Positions 43,704-54,770 of a stretch of 64,000 bases of DNA are shown here, one piece after another (within the stretch, counting starts at the first letter, position 1; each line of letters begins with the position of its first letter). The DNA is from Bacillus subtilis subsp. subtilis str. 168 (GTDB lineage: Bacteria; Bacillota; Bacilli; Bacillales; Bacillaceae). Position numbers and translations under genes: made by a program. Where the stretch lies: the NCBI RefSeq assembly GCF_000009045.1, contig NC_000964.3, positions 1,550,001-1,614,000 of the forward strand, read 5' to 3'. The notes beneath the pieces were generated by a model. It was not told the origin of the DNA. It saw only the letters and a program-made list of their open reading frames with translations, and did not search any database.

Positions 43704-44495
43704 ATGAACCCGGGTCAAGACCGAGAAAAAATCGTTAACATTGAAGAGCGGATCCCTAAAATTAAAGAGCAGAGGAAACAAAAGGCAAACCGCCGTCTCA
43801 TTTCATTTATTATGCTCTTTTTTATTATGGTGCTGATCATTGTGTACCTGCAAACACCAATCAGTAAAGTATCAACAATCTCTGTTACAGGGAATGAAAA
43901 TGTATCAAAAAAGGAAATTATCGACCTTTCCGATATTAACAGCGGAGATACTGAGTTTTGGAGTTTGGACAAGCAAAAAACAGAAAAGAAGATTCAGCAA
44001 AATAAATTAGTGAAAAAAGCGGAGATCAGCAAATCGCTTCCTAATAAAATCAACATTGCAATCGAAGAATATAAAGCGATTGCTTATTTAGAAAAAGACG
44101 ATGTGTACTATGAAGTGCTTGAAAACGGCTCAGTTCTGCCAAACGAAGTAACGCCGGATGATGCCGGACCGATTTTAGTGAATTGGACAAACGCGAAGAA
44201 GCGGTCTCAAATGGCCAAGCAGCTCGATGCGTTGTCAAATTCGTTAAAACAGTCGATTTCAGAAATTTATTATACGCCTGTAAAAATGGATGAAAACCGT
44301 ATTAAGTTGTACATGAACGACGGTTATGTTGTTACGGCATCTATTAAAACGTTTGCAGACCGAATGAAGACGTATCCTTCTATCATCTCACAGCTAAGCA
44401 GCAATAAAAAAGGAATCATTCATTTAGAAGTTGCCACCTATTTTGAAGAGTTTGGGAAAAACGATAAAGCTGCTAAAAAGGAAGATGAAAATTGA
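43704..44495 (+). CDS. divIB: Cell division protein DivIB/FtsQ
   Basis: Basic cytoplasmic tail, TM, POTRA domain; 263 aa. Confidence 0.96.
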   Translation: MNPGQDREKIVNIEERIPKIKEQRKQKANRRLISFIMLFFIMVLIIVYLQTPISKVSTISVTGNENVSKKEIIDLSDINSGDTEFWSLDKQKTEKKIQQNKLVKKAEISKSLPNKINIAIEEYKAIAYLEKDDVYYEVLENGSVLPNEVTPDDAGPILVNWTNAKKRSQMAKQLDALSNSLKQSISEIYYTPVKMDENRIKLYMNDGYVVTASIKTFADRMKTYPSIISQLSSNKKGIIHLEVATYFEEFGKNDKAAKKEDEN

Positions 44496-45187
44496 GGGGC
44501 AAATCAGCAGTCCTTCTTTCCTTGATTATGCTTATCGCAGGTTTTTTGATTTCATTTTCTTTTCAAATGACAAAAGAAAACAACAAAAGCGCGGCTGAGA
44601 CGGAAGAGTGGAAAAAAGAATATGCGCTGAGAGATGAACTGCTGAAACAAGAGAAAGAAAATAAGAAGTTTGAAAAAGAATTATATCAAAAGCAAAACAA
44701 AGTCCGCCAGGCGGAAAATAAGCTGAAGAAAGAGAAGTCGGAATACTATAATGTCCTCGAAGATACAGAAAAATACAGGATGTATATTGGGGAAGTCGGT
44801 GTGCAGGGAGAAGGCGTTGAGGTGACATTGGAAGATGCGTCATACATACCGGAAGGGGAGAATGTGAATAGTTACATCGTTCACGAAAGCCATATCTTCC
44901 AAGTAGTAAACGAACTGTATATCTCAGGAGCGGCAGCTGTCGCCGTTAATGGACAGCGTTTGACGCATGATTCGTATATCAAATGCAATGGTCCTGTGGT
45001 AACGGTAGACGGGGTGCAGCATCCCGCTCCGTTTACGGTATCCGCTATTGGAGATCCAGATGTCCTGCTGCCCTCGTTAAATATCGCTGGAGGCCTAATT
45101 GATCAGCTGTCAATGGATCATATTTCTGTGTCGGCAGAAAAAGAGAAAAACGTACAAATGAAACCGATTCTGAAAACGAAGGAATGA
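44492..45187 (+). CDS. ylxW: DUF881 family membrane coiled-coil protein
   Basis: TM + coiled coil + GEGVEVTLED and ELYISGAAAVAVNGQRL; TTG overlaps the divIB stop. Confidence 0.9.
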   Translation: MRGKSAVLLSLIMLIAGFLISFSFQMTKENNKSAAETEEWKKEYALRDELLKQEKENKKFEKELYQKQNKVRQAENKLKKEKSEYYNVLEDTEKYRMYIGEVGVQGEGVEVTLEDASYIPEGENVNSYIVHESHIFQVVNELYISGAAAVAVNGQRLTHDSYIKCNGPVVTVDGVQHPAPFTVSAIGDPDVLLPSLNIAGGLIDQLSMDHISVSAEKEKNVQMKPILKTKE

Positions 45188-45209
45188 CTGAAAAAGCGGG
45201 TGAAATAGA

Positions 45210-45917
45210 TTGAAAATAAAGCGTTCCTTCATAAGCATCAGTGTTCTTATGGTCATCTTCGGCCTGATGATATCTGTTCAGTTTAATTCGTTAAAGCACC
45301 CCAAAGTCCGGGATACAAGAGATATGTGGGATATTAGGGAAGAGCTGACATCAGAGCAGAAGAAGCAGGAAAAGCTGCTGGCTGAAATAAACAAATATGA
45401 CAAATTGCTGAATAGCTATTCGCAAACGAAAGAAATGACAAAAGAAACCGCGCTAAATAATACCTTGCAATCCTTAAAAAAAACAGCCGGCATGACCGAT
45501 ATAACAGGTAGCGGAATTGTCATTACGATTTCCCCGCTTTTTTCTGAAAGCTTAACAGGAGAGCCGATCGAAAATCCGCCTCCGGATTTGCTGAAAAAGC
45601 TGATAAATGAACTCAACTCCTACGGTGCAGAGCATATCTCGATTAATGAGCGAAGAGTTGTGAATCATACAGTCATCAGAGATATAAACGGCACTACAAA
45701 AATAGACGGATACGCCCTTGACGATTATCCTTTAACAGTAAAAGTGCTTGCCAAAGATCCGGACATGTTACACAGCAGAGTGAAGGGGTCAGGCCTTGAG
45801 GATCTTTTTGCATCTGAAAATTTAGCATTAAAAGCCGGTAAATCTGAAAGCAAACTAACATTAAAAGCATATGACAGACCACTGGACGTACAACAGCTGA
45901 AACTGCTTAAAGACTGA
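45210..45917 (+). CDS. ylxX: DUF881 family membrane coiled-coil protein
   Basis: TM + coiled coil + GSGIVITI and ELNSYGAEHISINERRV. Confidence 0.9.
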   Translation: MKIKRSFISISVLMVIFGLMISVQFNSLKHPKVRDTRDMWDIREELTSEQKKQEKLLAEINKYDKLLNSYSQTKEMTKETALNNTLQSLKKTAGMTDITGSGIVITISPLFSESLTGEPIENPPPDLLKKLINELNSYGAEHISINERRVVNHTVIRDINGTTKIDGYALDDYPLTVKVLAKDPDMLHSRVKGSGLEDLFASENLALKAGKSESKLTLKAYDRPLDVQQLKLLKD

Positions 45918-45934
45918 AAAGGAGGAGAATTGTC

Positions 45935-46300
45935 ATGTGGCTGCCCGTGTTGGGACTGGTGCTCGGAATAGCGATTGGACTAATGACAAACTTAACGATA
46001 CCGAGTGAATACTCAAACTATTTATCGCTTGCGGTGCTTGCCGCACTTGATACATTAATCGGCGGAATCAGGGCGCATTTACAAGGTACATATGATGAAA
46101 TGGTATTTGTTTCCGGTTTCTTTTTTAATATTATATTGGCAATAAGTTTAGCTTTTCTGGGAGTCCATCTTGGTGTAGACTTGTATTTAGCAGGTATATT
46201 CGCATTTGGAGTCAGATTATTTCAGAATATAGCCGTTATCAGAAGAAATCTACTAACAAAGTGGACTCTTTCTAAAAAAAATAAAAAAAATGTGATATAA
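45935..46300 (+). CDS. sbp: Small basic membrane protein (DUF1290)
   Basis: YLSLAVLAALDTLIGG and GVRLFQN signature; SD AGGAGGAG. Confidence 0.93.
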   Translation: MWLPVLGLVLGIAIGLMTNLTIPSEYSNYLSLAVLAALDTLIGGIRAHLQGTYDEMVFVSGFFFNIILAISLAFLGVHLGVDLYLAGIFAFGVRLFQNIAVIRRNLLTKWTLSKKNKKNVI

Positions 46301-46303
46301 AAG

Positions 46304-46328
46304 AGGATATACATAGGATATAACGAAT
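46304..46328 (+). promoter_or_regulatory. SigH promoter (P2) of ftsAZ
   Basis: AGGATAT...GAAT (AGGA-17-GAAT) with upstream A-tracts. Confidence 0.8.
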
Positions 46329-46384
46329 ATTTTCAATAAACATAAAATGTGAAAAGCACATAAAAATATTCTGTTGTTATTTTT

Positions 46385-46401
46385 TGTTACACACTTGTAA
46401 A
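46385..46401 (+). promoter_or_regulatory. WalR (YycF) box upstream of ftsA
   Basis: TGTTAC-N5-TGTAAA is an exact match to TGTWAH-N5-TGTWAH. Confidence 0.85.
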
Positions 46402-46473
46402 GCCACATTCATTGTATTGTTGTTCCGCAAATAATAGAATAGAAATGATCGAAATGTGAGGAGGTGCCATAGA

Positions 46474-47796
46474 ATGAACAACAATGAACTTTACGTCAGT
46501 CTTGACATCGGTACGTCCAATACAAAAGTGATCGTCGGAGAAATGACAGATGATTCCCTTAATATTATCGGTGTGGGAAATGTACCGTCTGAAGGGTTGA
46601 AAAAAGGCTCAATCGTTGATATAGATGAGACCGTTCATTCTATAAGAAAAGCGTTTGACCAAGCTGAAAGAATGGTAGGTTTTCCGCTTAGAAAAGCTAT
46701 TGTCGGCGTTAATGGAAATTATATCAATATTCAAGATACAAACGGTGTTGTAGCAGTTTCCAGTGAAAATAAAGAAATTCAGGTTGAAGATGTACGCCGT
46801 GTCATGGAGGCGGCACAGGTTGTTTCCGTACCGCATGAACAGCTGATTGTTGACGTCATTCCTAAACAGTTTATCGTAGATGGAAGAGATGAAATCACCG
46901 ACCCGAAAAAAATGCTGGGTGTGCGTTTAGAAGTAGAGGGCACCTTGATCACCGGTTCAAAAACAATCTTACATAACTTACTCCGCTGCGTTGAAAGAGC
47001 TGGTATTGAAATAACTGATATTTGCCTTCAGCCGCTGGCAGCCGGTTCTGCTGCATTATCAAAGGACGAGAAAAACCTTGGTGTGGCTCTCATTGATATA
47101 GGGGGAGGGTCAACAACCATTGCCGTATTCCAGAACGGACATCTCACTTCTACCCGTGTCATTCCTCTCGGAGGCGAAAATATCACCAAAGATATCTCCA
47201 TCGGATTGAGAACGTCAACAGAAGAAGCAGAACGCGTGAAAAAGCAACTTGGACATGCCTACTATGACGAAGCCTCGGAAGATGAAATATTTGAGGTAAC
47301 CGTTATAGGCACCAATCAAAAACAAACATTTACACAGCAAGAAGCAGCGAATATCATTGAAGCGAGAGTAGAGGAAATTCTTGAAATTGTTTCAGAAGAG
47401 CTTCGCAGTATGGGAATTACCGATCTGCCGGGAGGCTTCGTGCTGACAGGAGGACAAGCAGCTATGCCGGGTGTCATGTCTTTGGCACAGGATGTGCTGC
47501 AAAACAATGTCAGAGTGGCAAGCCCGAATTATATCGGTGTAAGAGATCCTCAATATATGACGGGAGTGGGCCTGATCCAATTCGCCTGCCGGAATGCAAG
47601 AATCCAAGGCAGAAAAATAGGCTTTAAGATGCCTGAAGAAGCGATACAGGAAATCGCAGTCTCATCATCTGAGGAACAAGAGCAGCATCATCACCAAAAT
47701 GAGGTGCAGCAGCGGCCAAAAGGAAAACAAAAAACACAAGCCGAACATAATAAACAGAGCAAAATGAAAAAACTATTAAGCATGTTTTGGGAATAG
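46474..47796 (+). CDS. ftsA: Cell division protein FtsA
   Basis: SLDIGTS, IDIGGGST and LTGG actin-like motifs; C-terminal amphipathic MKKLLSMFWE; 440 aa. Confidence 0.98.
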   Translation: MNNNELYVSLDIGTSNTKVIVGEMTDDSLNIIGVGNVPSEGLKKGSIVDIDETVHSIRKAFDQAERMVGFPLRKAIVGVNGNYINIQDTNGVVAVSSENKEIQVEDVRRVMEAAQVVSVPHEQLIVDVIPKQFIVDGRDEITDPKKMLGVRLEVEGTLITGSKTILHNLLRCVERAGIEITDICLQPLAAGSAALSKDEKNLGVALIDIGGGSTTIAVFQNGHLTSTRVIPLGGENITKDISIGLRTSTEEAERVKKQLGHAYYDEASEDEIFEVTVIGTNQKQTFTQQEAANIIEARVEEILEIVSEELRSMGITDLPGGFVLTGGQAAMPGVMSLAQDVLQNNVRVASPNYIGVRDPQYMTGVGLIQFACRNARIQGRKIGFKMPEEAIQEIAVSSSEEQEQHHHQNEVQQRPKGKQKTQAEHNKQSKMKKLLSMFWE

Positions 47797-47831
47797 ATAG
47801 ATAGTCATTCGGCAGATTAGGAGGATTTAGC

Positions 47832-48980
47832 ATGTTGGAGTTCGAAACAAACATAGACGGCTTAGCATCAATTAAAGTAATCGGAGTAGGAGGCGGCGGT
47901 AACAACGCCGTTAACCGAATGATTGAAAATGAAGTGCAAGGAGTAGAGTATATCGCGGTAAACACGGACGCTCAAGCTCTTAACCTGTCAAAAGCAGAAG
48001 TGAAAATGCAAATCGGCGCAAAGCTGACTAGAGGATTGGGAGCAGGTGCGAATCCGGAAGTCGGGAAAAAAGCCGCTGAAGAAAGCAAAGAGCAGATTGA
48101 AGAAGCACTTAAAGGTGCTGACATGGTATTCGTGACAGCTGGTATGGGCGGCGGAACAGGAACAGGTGCCGCACCGGTTATCGCACAAATCGCGAAAGAC
48201 TTAGGCGCATTAACAGTCGGCGTTGTGACAAGACCGTTTACCTTCGAAGGACGCAAAAGACAGCTTCAGGCTGCAGGCGGAATCTCGGCAATGAAAGAAG
48301 CGGTGGATACACTGATCGTGATCCCGAACGACCGTATCCTTGAAATTGTTGATAAAAACACACCGATGCTTGAAGCATTCCGCGAAGCGGATAACGTACT
48401 TCGCCAAGGGGTTCAAGGTATTTCTGACTTGATTGCTACACCTGGTCTTATCAACCTTGACTTTGCTGATGTGAAAACAATCATGTCAAACAAAGGATCT
48501 GCTTTGATGGGTATCGGTATTGCTACTGGGGAAAATCGCGCGGCAGAGGCAGCAAAAAAAGCAATTTCCAGCCCGCTTCTTGAAGCGGCCATTGACGGTG
48601 CGCAAGGCGTCCTCATGAACATCACTGGAGGAACAAACCTCAGCCTATATGAGGTTCAGGAAGCAGCAGACATTGTCGCTTCGGCGTCTGATCAAGACGT
48701 AAACATGATTTTCGGTTCTGTTATTAATGAAAATCTAAAAGATGAGATTGTGGTGACAGTGATTGCAACCGGCTTTATCGAACAAGAGAAGGACGTGACG
48801 AAGCCTCAGCGTCCAAGCTTAAATCAAAGCATCAAAACACACAATCAAAGTGTTCCGAAGCGTGAGCCAAAACGTGAGGAACCTCAGCAGCAGAACACAG
48901 TAAGCCGTCATACTTCACAGCCGGCTGATGATACGCTTGACATCCCGACATTCTTAAGAAACCGTAATAAACGCGGCTAA
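47832..48980 (+). CDS. ftsZ: Cell division GTPase FtsZ
   Basis: [16 protein letters not shown] tubulin signature and C-terminal [10 protein letters not shown]. Confidence 0.99.
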   Translation: MLEFETNIDGLASIKVIGVGGGGNNAVNRMIENEVQGVEYIAVNTDAQALNLSKAEVKMQIGAKLTRGLGAGANPEVGKKAAEESKEQIEEALKGADMVFVTAGMGGGTGTGAAPVIAQIAKDLGALTVGVVTRPFTFEGRKRQLQAAGGISAMKEAVDTLIVIPNDRILEIVDKNTPMLEAFREADNVLRQGVQGISDLIATPGLINLDFADVKTIMSNKGSALMGIGIATGENRAAEAAKKAISSPLLEAAIDGAQGVLMNITGGTNLSLYEVQEAADIVASASDQDVNMIFGSVINENLKDEIVVTVIATGFIEQEKDVTKPQRPSLNQSIKTHNQSVPKREPKREEPQQQNTVSRHTSQPADDTLDIPTFLRNRNKRG

Positions 48981-48983
48981 TGT

Positions 48984-49018
48984 AAAGGACAAAATCGTTT
49001 TCGATTTTGTCCTTTTTT
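48984..49018 (+). terminator. Terminator of ftsAZ
   Basis: AAAGGACAAAATCG/CGATTTTGTCCTTT plus T-tract. Confidence 0.92.
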
Positions 49019-49282
49019 GTTTTTCTCTTCACACTTTCCTTCTTATAAAGTCTTTTTCCCTATTGCTTCCTTCGCTTAGTAACAAAACAGATAATTAGAC
49101 CCATTTATTTTTGTGACATTTTTATCATTTTCATATATATGGAAATTGAATGACATGAAACGACAATATCTGTAATTCAGATTGTCTACAGTTAATATAC
49201 AGCGATGTTCTGACAAACCATTCATTATTAAAAGGAGGGACGACACTTTTTTTAAAAAGCATGTTGAAAAAGGGGGATGAAA

Positions 49283-52200
49283 ATGAGGAAAAAAACGAAA
49301 AACAGACTCATCAGCTCTGTTTTAAGTACAGTTGTCATCAGTTCACTGCTGTTTCCGGGAGCAGCCGGGGCAAGCAGTAAAGTCACCTCACCTTCTGTTA
49401 AAAAGGAGCTTCAATCTGCGGAATCCATTCAAAACAAGATTTCGAGTTCATTAAAGAAAAGCTTTAAAAAGAAAGAAAAAACGACTTTTCTGATTAAATT
49501 TAAAGATCTGGCTAACCCAGAAAAAGCGGCAAAAGCGGCTGTTAAAAAAGCGAAATCGAAGAAGCTGTCTGCCGCTAAGACGGAATATCAAAAGCGTTCT
49601 GCTGTTGTGTCATCTTTAAAAGTCACAGCCGATGAATCCCAGCAAGATGTCCTAAAATACTTGAACACCCAGAAAGATAAAGGAAATGCAGACCAAATTC
49701 ATTCTTATTATGTGGTGAACGGGATTGCTGTTCATGCCTCAAAAGAGGTTATGGAAAAAGTGGTGCAGTTTCCCGAAGTGGAAAAGGTGCTTCCTAATGA
49801 GAAACGGCAGCTTTTTAAGTCATCCTCCCCATTTAATATGAAAAAAGCACAGAAAGCTATTAAAGCAACTGACGGTGTGGAATGGAATGTAGACCAAATC
49901 GATGCCCCAAAAGCTTGGGCACTTGGATATGATGGAACTGGCACGGTTGTTGCGTCCATTGATACCGGGGTGGAATGGAATCATCCGGCATTAAAAGAGA
50001 AATATCGCGGATATAATCCGGAAAATCCTAATGAGCCTGAAAATGAAATGAACTGGTATGATGCCGTAGCAGGCGAGGCAAGCCCTTATGATGATTTGGC
50101 TCATGGAACCCACGTGACAGGCACGATGGTGGGCTCTGAACCTGATGGAACAAATCAAATCGGTGTAGCACCTGGCGCAAAATGGATTGCTGTTAAAGCG
50201 TTCTCTGAAGATGGCGGCACTGATGCTGACATTTTGGAAGCTGGTGAATGGGTTTTAGCACCAAAGGACGCGGAAGGAAATCCCCACCCGGAAATGGCTC
50301 CTGATGTTGTCAATAACTCATGGGGAGGGGGCTCTGGACTTGATGAATGGTACAGAGACATGGTCAATGCCTGGCGTGCGGCCGATATTTTCCCTGAGTT
50401 TTCAGCGGGGAATACGGATCTCTTTATTCCCGGCGGGCCTGGTTCTATCGCAAATCCGGCAAACTATCCAGAATCGTTTGCAACTGGAGCGACTGATATC
50501 AATAAAAAGCTCGCTGACTTTTCTCTTCAAGGGCCATCTCCATATGATGAAATAAAGCCGGAAATATCTGCACCGGGCGTTAATATTCGTTCATCCGTTC
50601 CCGGTCAGACATATGAGGATGGTTGGGACGGCACATCAATGGCAGGGCCGCATGTATCCGCTGTTGCTGCACTGCTGAAACAGGCGAATGCCTCACTTTC
50701 TGTTGATGAGATGGAGGATATATTAACCAGCACGGCTGAACCGCTCACGGATTCAACATTTCCTGATTCACCGAATAACGGATATGGCCATGGTCTGGTG
50801 AATGCTTTTGATGCTGTATCCGCTGTTACAGATGGATTAGGGAAAGCGGAAGGACAAGTTTCTGTAGAGGGGGATGACCAAGAGCCTCCTGTCTATCAGC
50901 ATGAGAAAGTAACTGAAGCTTATGAAGGTGGCAGCCTACCACTGACTTTGACAGCTGAAGACAATGTGAGTGTGACATCTGTAAAGCTGTCCTACAAGCT
51001 TGATCAAGGTGAATGGACAGAAATAACGGCTAAACGAATCAGCGGTGATCATCTAAAAGGAACGTATCAGGCAGAGATCCCAGATATAAAAGGAACTAAA
51101 CTAAGCTATAAGTGGATGATTCACGATTTTGGCGGTCATGTCGTTTCGTCTGACGTATACGATGTAACAGTGAAACCAAGCATCACGGCGGGATATAAGC
51201 AGGACTTTGAAACTGCACCCGGCGGCTGGGTTGCGAGCGGAACAAATAATAACTGGGAATGGGGAGTTCCGTCAACTGGCCCAAATACAGCAGCATCCGG
51301 AGAAAAAGTATATGGAACGAATTTGACAGGAAATTATGCCAACTCAGCAAACATGAACCTTGTTATGCCTCCTATTAAAGCACCTGATTCAGGAAGTCTG
51401 TTCCTTCAATTTAAAAGCTGGCACAATTTAGAGGATGATTTTGATTACGGCTACGTTTTTGTTCTTCCGGAAGGTGAAAAGAATTGGGAGCAGGCTGGTG
51501 TCTATAACGGAAAGACATCAAGCTGGACGGACGAAGAAATTGATTTATCGGCTTATAAAGGCCAAAACATTCAAGTGATGTTTAACCTTCAATCTGATGA
51601 AAGCATTGCAAAAGAGGGCTGGTATATTGATGATGTAGTGCTTTCTGACAAATCAGCCGGAAAAACAGTCAAAAAGAATAAGCTGGGCGTCGAAAAGCCG
51701 TCTGGAAAGCAAAAGAAAAAGCCAGTAAATCCGAAAAAGGCTAAGCCATCTGCAAACACAGCGGTAAAACATCAGAACAAGGCTATACAGCCTCAAGTTT
51801 TGCCGCTCAAGGCACAAGTCAGTGTAGTGGAAACAGGAAAATCAACATATTCAGATCAATCCACAGGGCAGTACACGCTGAAGCACAAAGCGGGAGACTA
51901 TACGCTTATGGCAGAAGCATATGGTTATCAGTCGAAAACACAAAAAGTATCTTTAAAGACGGATCAGACGACACAAGCTAATTTTACGTTAGAAGAGATG
52001 AAGAAGGGCACATTAAAAGGCACGGTCATCAATAAAACGACAGGAGAGCCGGTAACAGGCGCTTCCGTTTATGTTGTAGAGGATGCTGCGGTGGAACCGG
52101 CTATGACAAACGACAAAGGTGAATATATGCTGGAGGCCTATGAAGGCGCTTATACGATTAAAGTCGCTGCACCGGGTTATTACAGTGATGAATTTTCCGT

Positions 52201-53584
52201 TGAGTTAAAAGGTGATGTTACAAAAGAAACTGCATTGAAGCCTTTCGTCGGTTATCCGGGTGAAATTGCATATGATGACGGAACAGCGGAGAATGCCAAT
52301 TCCTATTTTGCTGCCGGTAACGGATGGGCGGTAAAAATGACGCTCGCTGACGGCAAGGACAAAGGCATGCTTACAGGAGGGCTGTTCAGATTCTGGGATA
52401 CAGAGTTCCCTGATCCGGGCGGCACAGAGTTTAAGGTTGAGGTATACGATGCCACAGGAAAAGACGGAGCACCGGGCAAGAAAATTGCAGGGCCATTTAA
52501 CGCGGAAGCTCTTCGCAATGGCGAGTGGACTAAGGTAGATCTCAGTTCAAAAGGGATTATGGTCGATAAAGATTTTTATCTCGTATATATCCAGTCGAAA
52601 CCTGATCCGTATTCACCTGGATTGGCAATGGATGAAACCGGCCAGAATTCCGGCCGCAACTGGCAGTATATAGATGGAAAGTGGCAGCCAGGTGACAAAG
52701 CGGATGGCAACTATATGATTCGCGCATTAGTTGATTATGAAGCTGCTGTACCTGAGATTACTTCACCGACAGACAAATCATACACAAATAAGGATAGCGT
52801 CACTGTAAAAGGAAACGCTTCTCCTGGCACAACGGTACACATTTATAATGGAGAGAAAGAAGCAGGAGAAACGAAAGCTGCTGCGGATGGCACGTTCCAT
52901 GCAGGCATCATACTCAACAAGGGTGAAAATGAGCTGACGGCAACTGCATCAACTGACAACGGAACAACAGATGCCTCCAGCCCAATCACGGTCACGCTTG
53001 ATCAAGAAAAGCCTGAATTAACACTGGACAATCCAAAGGATGGCGGGAAAACAAATAAAGAAACGCTGACTGTCAAAGGGGCTGTATCCGATGACAATCT
53101 GAAAGACGTCAAGGTGAATGGCAAAAAAGCAACAGTAGCTGATGGTTCATACTCAGCCCGTATTCTTTTGGAAAATGGAAGAAATGAAATCAAGGTAATT
53201 GCTACAGACTTGGCAGGCAACAAAACGACGAAAAAGACAGTCATTGATGTGAACTTTGACAAGCCTGTCATTTCCGGCTTAATTCCGGGAGAGGATAAAA
53301 ACTTAAAAGCCGGTGAATCTGTGAAAATCGCTTTCTCAAGCGCTGAGGATTTAGATGCAACGTTTACCATTCGTATGCCGCTGACCAATGCAAGAGCGAG
53401 TGTGCAAAATGCCACCGAACTCCCGTTAAGAGAAATCTCTCCGGGGAGATATGAAGGCTATTGGACTGCCACTTCTTCTATTAAAGCAAAAGGAGCAAAA
53501 GTAGAAGTGATCGTCCGAGATGATTATGGAAATGAAACAAGAAAAACTGCGAATGGAAAACTTAATATGAACACAGAAAATTAA
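49283..53584 (+). CDS. bpr: Bacillopeptidase F (secreted S8 serine protease)
   Basis: Signal peptide, I9 propeptide, triad IDTG / HGTH / GTSMAGPH, C-terminal Ig-like domains. Confidence 0.98.
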   Translation: MRKKTKNRLISSVLSTVVISSLLFPGAAGASSKVTSPSVKKELQSAESIQNKISSSLKKSFKKKEKTTFLIKFKDLANPEKAAKAAVKKAKSKKLSAAKTEYQKRSAVVSSLKVTADESQQDVLKYLNTQKDKGNADQIHSYYVVNGIAVHASKEVMEKVVQFPEVEKVLPNEKRQLFKSSSPFNMKKAQKAIKATDGVEWNVDQIDAPKAWALGYDGTGTVVASIDTGVEWNHPALKEKYRGYNPENPNEPENEMNWYDAVAGEASPYDDLAHGTHVTGTMVGSEPDGTNQIGVAPGAKWIAVKAFSEDGGTDADILEAGEWVLAPKDAEGNPHPEMAPDVVNNSWGGGSGLDEWYRDMVNAWRAADIFPEFSAGNTDLFIPGGPGSIANPANYPESFATGATDINKKLADFSLQGPSPYDEIKPEISAPGVNIRSSVPGQTYEDGWDGTSMAGPHVSAVAALLKQANASLSVDEMEDILTSTAEPLTDSTFPDSPNNGYGHGLVNAFDAVSAVTDGLGKAEGQVSVEGDDQEPPVYQHEKVTEAYEGGSLPLTLTAEDNVSVTSVKLSYKLDQGEWTEITAKRISGDHLKGTYQAEIPDIKGTKLSYKWMIHDFGGHVVSSDVYDVTVKPSITAGYKQDFETAPGGWVASGTNNNWEWGVPSTGPNTAASGEKVYGTNLTGNYANSANMNLVMPPIKAPDSGSLFLQFKSWHNLEDDFDYGYVFVLPEGEKNWEQAGVYNGKTSSWTDEEIDLSAYKGQNIQVMFNLQSDESIAKEGWYIDDVVLSDKSAGKTVKKNKLGVEKPSGKQKKKPVNPKKAKPSANTAVKHQNKAIQPQVLPLKAQVSVVETGKSTYSDQSTGQYTLKHKAGDYTLMAEAYGYQSKTQKVSLKTDQTTQANFTLEEMKKGTLKGTVINKTTGEPVTGASVYVVEDAAVEPAMTNDKGEYMLEAYEGAYTIKVAAPGYYSDEFSVELKGDVTKETALKPFVGYPGEIAYDDGTAENANSYFAAGNGWAVKMTLADGKDKGMLTGGLFRFWDTEFPDPGGTEFKVEVYDATGKDGAPGKKIAGPFNAEALRNGEWTKVDLSSKGIMVDKDFYLVYIQSKPDPYSPGLAMDETGQNSGRNWQYIDGKWQPGDKADGNYMIRALVDYEAAVPEITSPTDKSYTNKDSVTVKGNASPGTTVHIYNGEKEAGETKAAADGTFHAGIILNKGENELTATASTDNGTTDASSPITVTLDQEKPELTLDNPKDGGKTNKETLTVKGAVSDDNLKDVKVNGKKATVADGSYSARILLENGRNEIKVIATDLAGNKTTKKTVIDVNFDKPVISGLIPGEDKNLKAGESVKIAFSSAEDLDATFTIRMPLTNARASVQNATELPLREISPGRYEGYWTATSSIKAKGAKVEVIVRDDYGNETRKTANGKLNMNTEN

Positions 53585-53588
53585 GTGG

Positions 53589-53620
53589 AAAAAAAGCTGC
53601 CGTCATTGGCAGCTTTTTTT
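53589..53620 (+). terminator. Terminator of bpr
   Basis: AAAAAAAGCTGCC/GGCAGCTTTTTTT. Confidence 0.9.
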
Positions 53621-53640
53621 ATATCCTCTCATTATACTTC

Positions 53641-53728
53641 CTCGACAAATTAAGCAGATTTCCCTGAAAAATTGTATTTTCCTCTCAACATTAATTGACA
53701 GACTTTCCCACAGAGCTTGCTTTATACT
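53641..53728 (+). promoter_or_regulatory. Spo0A-activated spoIIG promoter
   Basis: TTGACA-22-TATACT (over-long spacer); reverse 0A boxes CTCGACA (53641), CTCAACA (53684) and ATTGACA (53694). Confidence 0.9.
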
Positions 53729-53778
53729 TATGAAGCAAGAAGGGGAACAGCGTGAGGCAAGAAAGAAAGGAGTCAGAT

Positions 53779-54708
53779 GTGAAAATCTATTTAGATGTCA
53801 TTTGGCTGTTAAACTTTTGTTTTGATGCACTTTTGCTTTTGCTCACGGCATTTATTTTAAAACGGCATGTAAAAAAAAGAAGACTGGTAGGCGGAGCGTT
53901 CATCGGTTCCAGTATTGTCCTTTTGATGTTTACTCCTTTTTCGCCGATTGTTGAACATCCGGCTGGGAAGCTAGCTTTTTCAGTTGTGATTGTGGTGGTG
54001 ACATTTGGCTTTAAAAGATTTCGGTTTTTCTTTCAAAATTTGTTTTCCTTTTATTTTGCCACTTTTTTAATGGGGGGAGGAATTATCGGAGCCCATTCTT
54101 TGCTGCAGTCAAATTCTATTGTTCAAAACGGTGTCATGATTACCAATCAAACAGGGTTTGGAGACCCGATCAGCTGGTTGTTTATTGTTGGTGGCTTTCC
54201 AGCATTATGGTTTTTTTCTAAAAGAAGAATTGAAGATATTGAAACAAAAAACATTCAATATGAGGAACGAGTCAGCGTGCAGGCAGATTTGGGCAGCCAA
54301 ACACTTCATGTCAGAGGCCTGATTGATTCCGGTAACCAGCTGTACGATCCTCTTACAAAAACACCGGTAATGATCATTTACATTGATAAACTGGAGCCGA
54401 TTTTCGGAACAGCCGAAACGATGATCATTCGAAACACAGACCCATTGGAAGCCATCGAACAGCTCGATGATTCCTTTCGCTTTTTAGATAAAATGAGGTT
54501 GATTCCATACAGGGGAGTTGGTCAGCAAAATCAATTTTTATTATGCGTTAAACCGGATCACGTAACGATTATGACAAAAGAAGAAATGATTTCTGCAGAT
54601 AAATGTTTAATCGGTATCAGCACAACAAAGCTGTCGGCAGATGGAGAGTTTGACGCGATTATTCATCCGAAAATGCTTTCGGGCAAGGCTGTCAAACACG
54701 TTTCATAA
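53779..54708 (+). CDS. spoIIGA: Pro-SigE processing aspartic protease
   Basis: [13 protein letters not shown]-terminus, five TM segments, catalytic IDSGN; GTG start. Confidence 0.97.
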   Translation: MKIYLDVIWLLNFCFDALLLLLTAFILKRHVKKRRLVGGAFIGSSIVLLMFTPFSPIVEHPAGKLAFSVVIVVVTFGFKRFRFFFQNLFSFYFATFLMGGGIIGAHSLLQSNSIVQNGVMITNQTGFGDPISWLFIVGGFPALWFFSKRRIEDIETKNIQYEERVSVQADLGSQTLHVRGLIDSGNQLYDPLTKTPVMIIYIDKLEPIFGTAETMIIRNTDPLEAIEQLDDSFRFLDKMRLIPYRGVGQQNQFLLCVKPDHVTIMTKEEMISADKCLIGISTTKLSADGEFDAIIHPKMLSGKAVKHVS

Positions 54709-54770
54709 TGTTCGCAAATGTCCGTTACTTATCATACTCAAACGGCGTGACATTTAGAAGGGAGAGGAAG

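Noticed and set aside
46274-46290. Poly-A runs at the end of sbp as a phase-variation site
   Set aside because: Encode the Lys-rich tail and plausibly the UP element of the SigH ftsAZ promoter; the frame is intact.
49732-53415. Minus-strand ORFs inside bpr
   Set aside because: Antisense shadows of a long gene.
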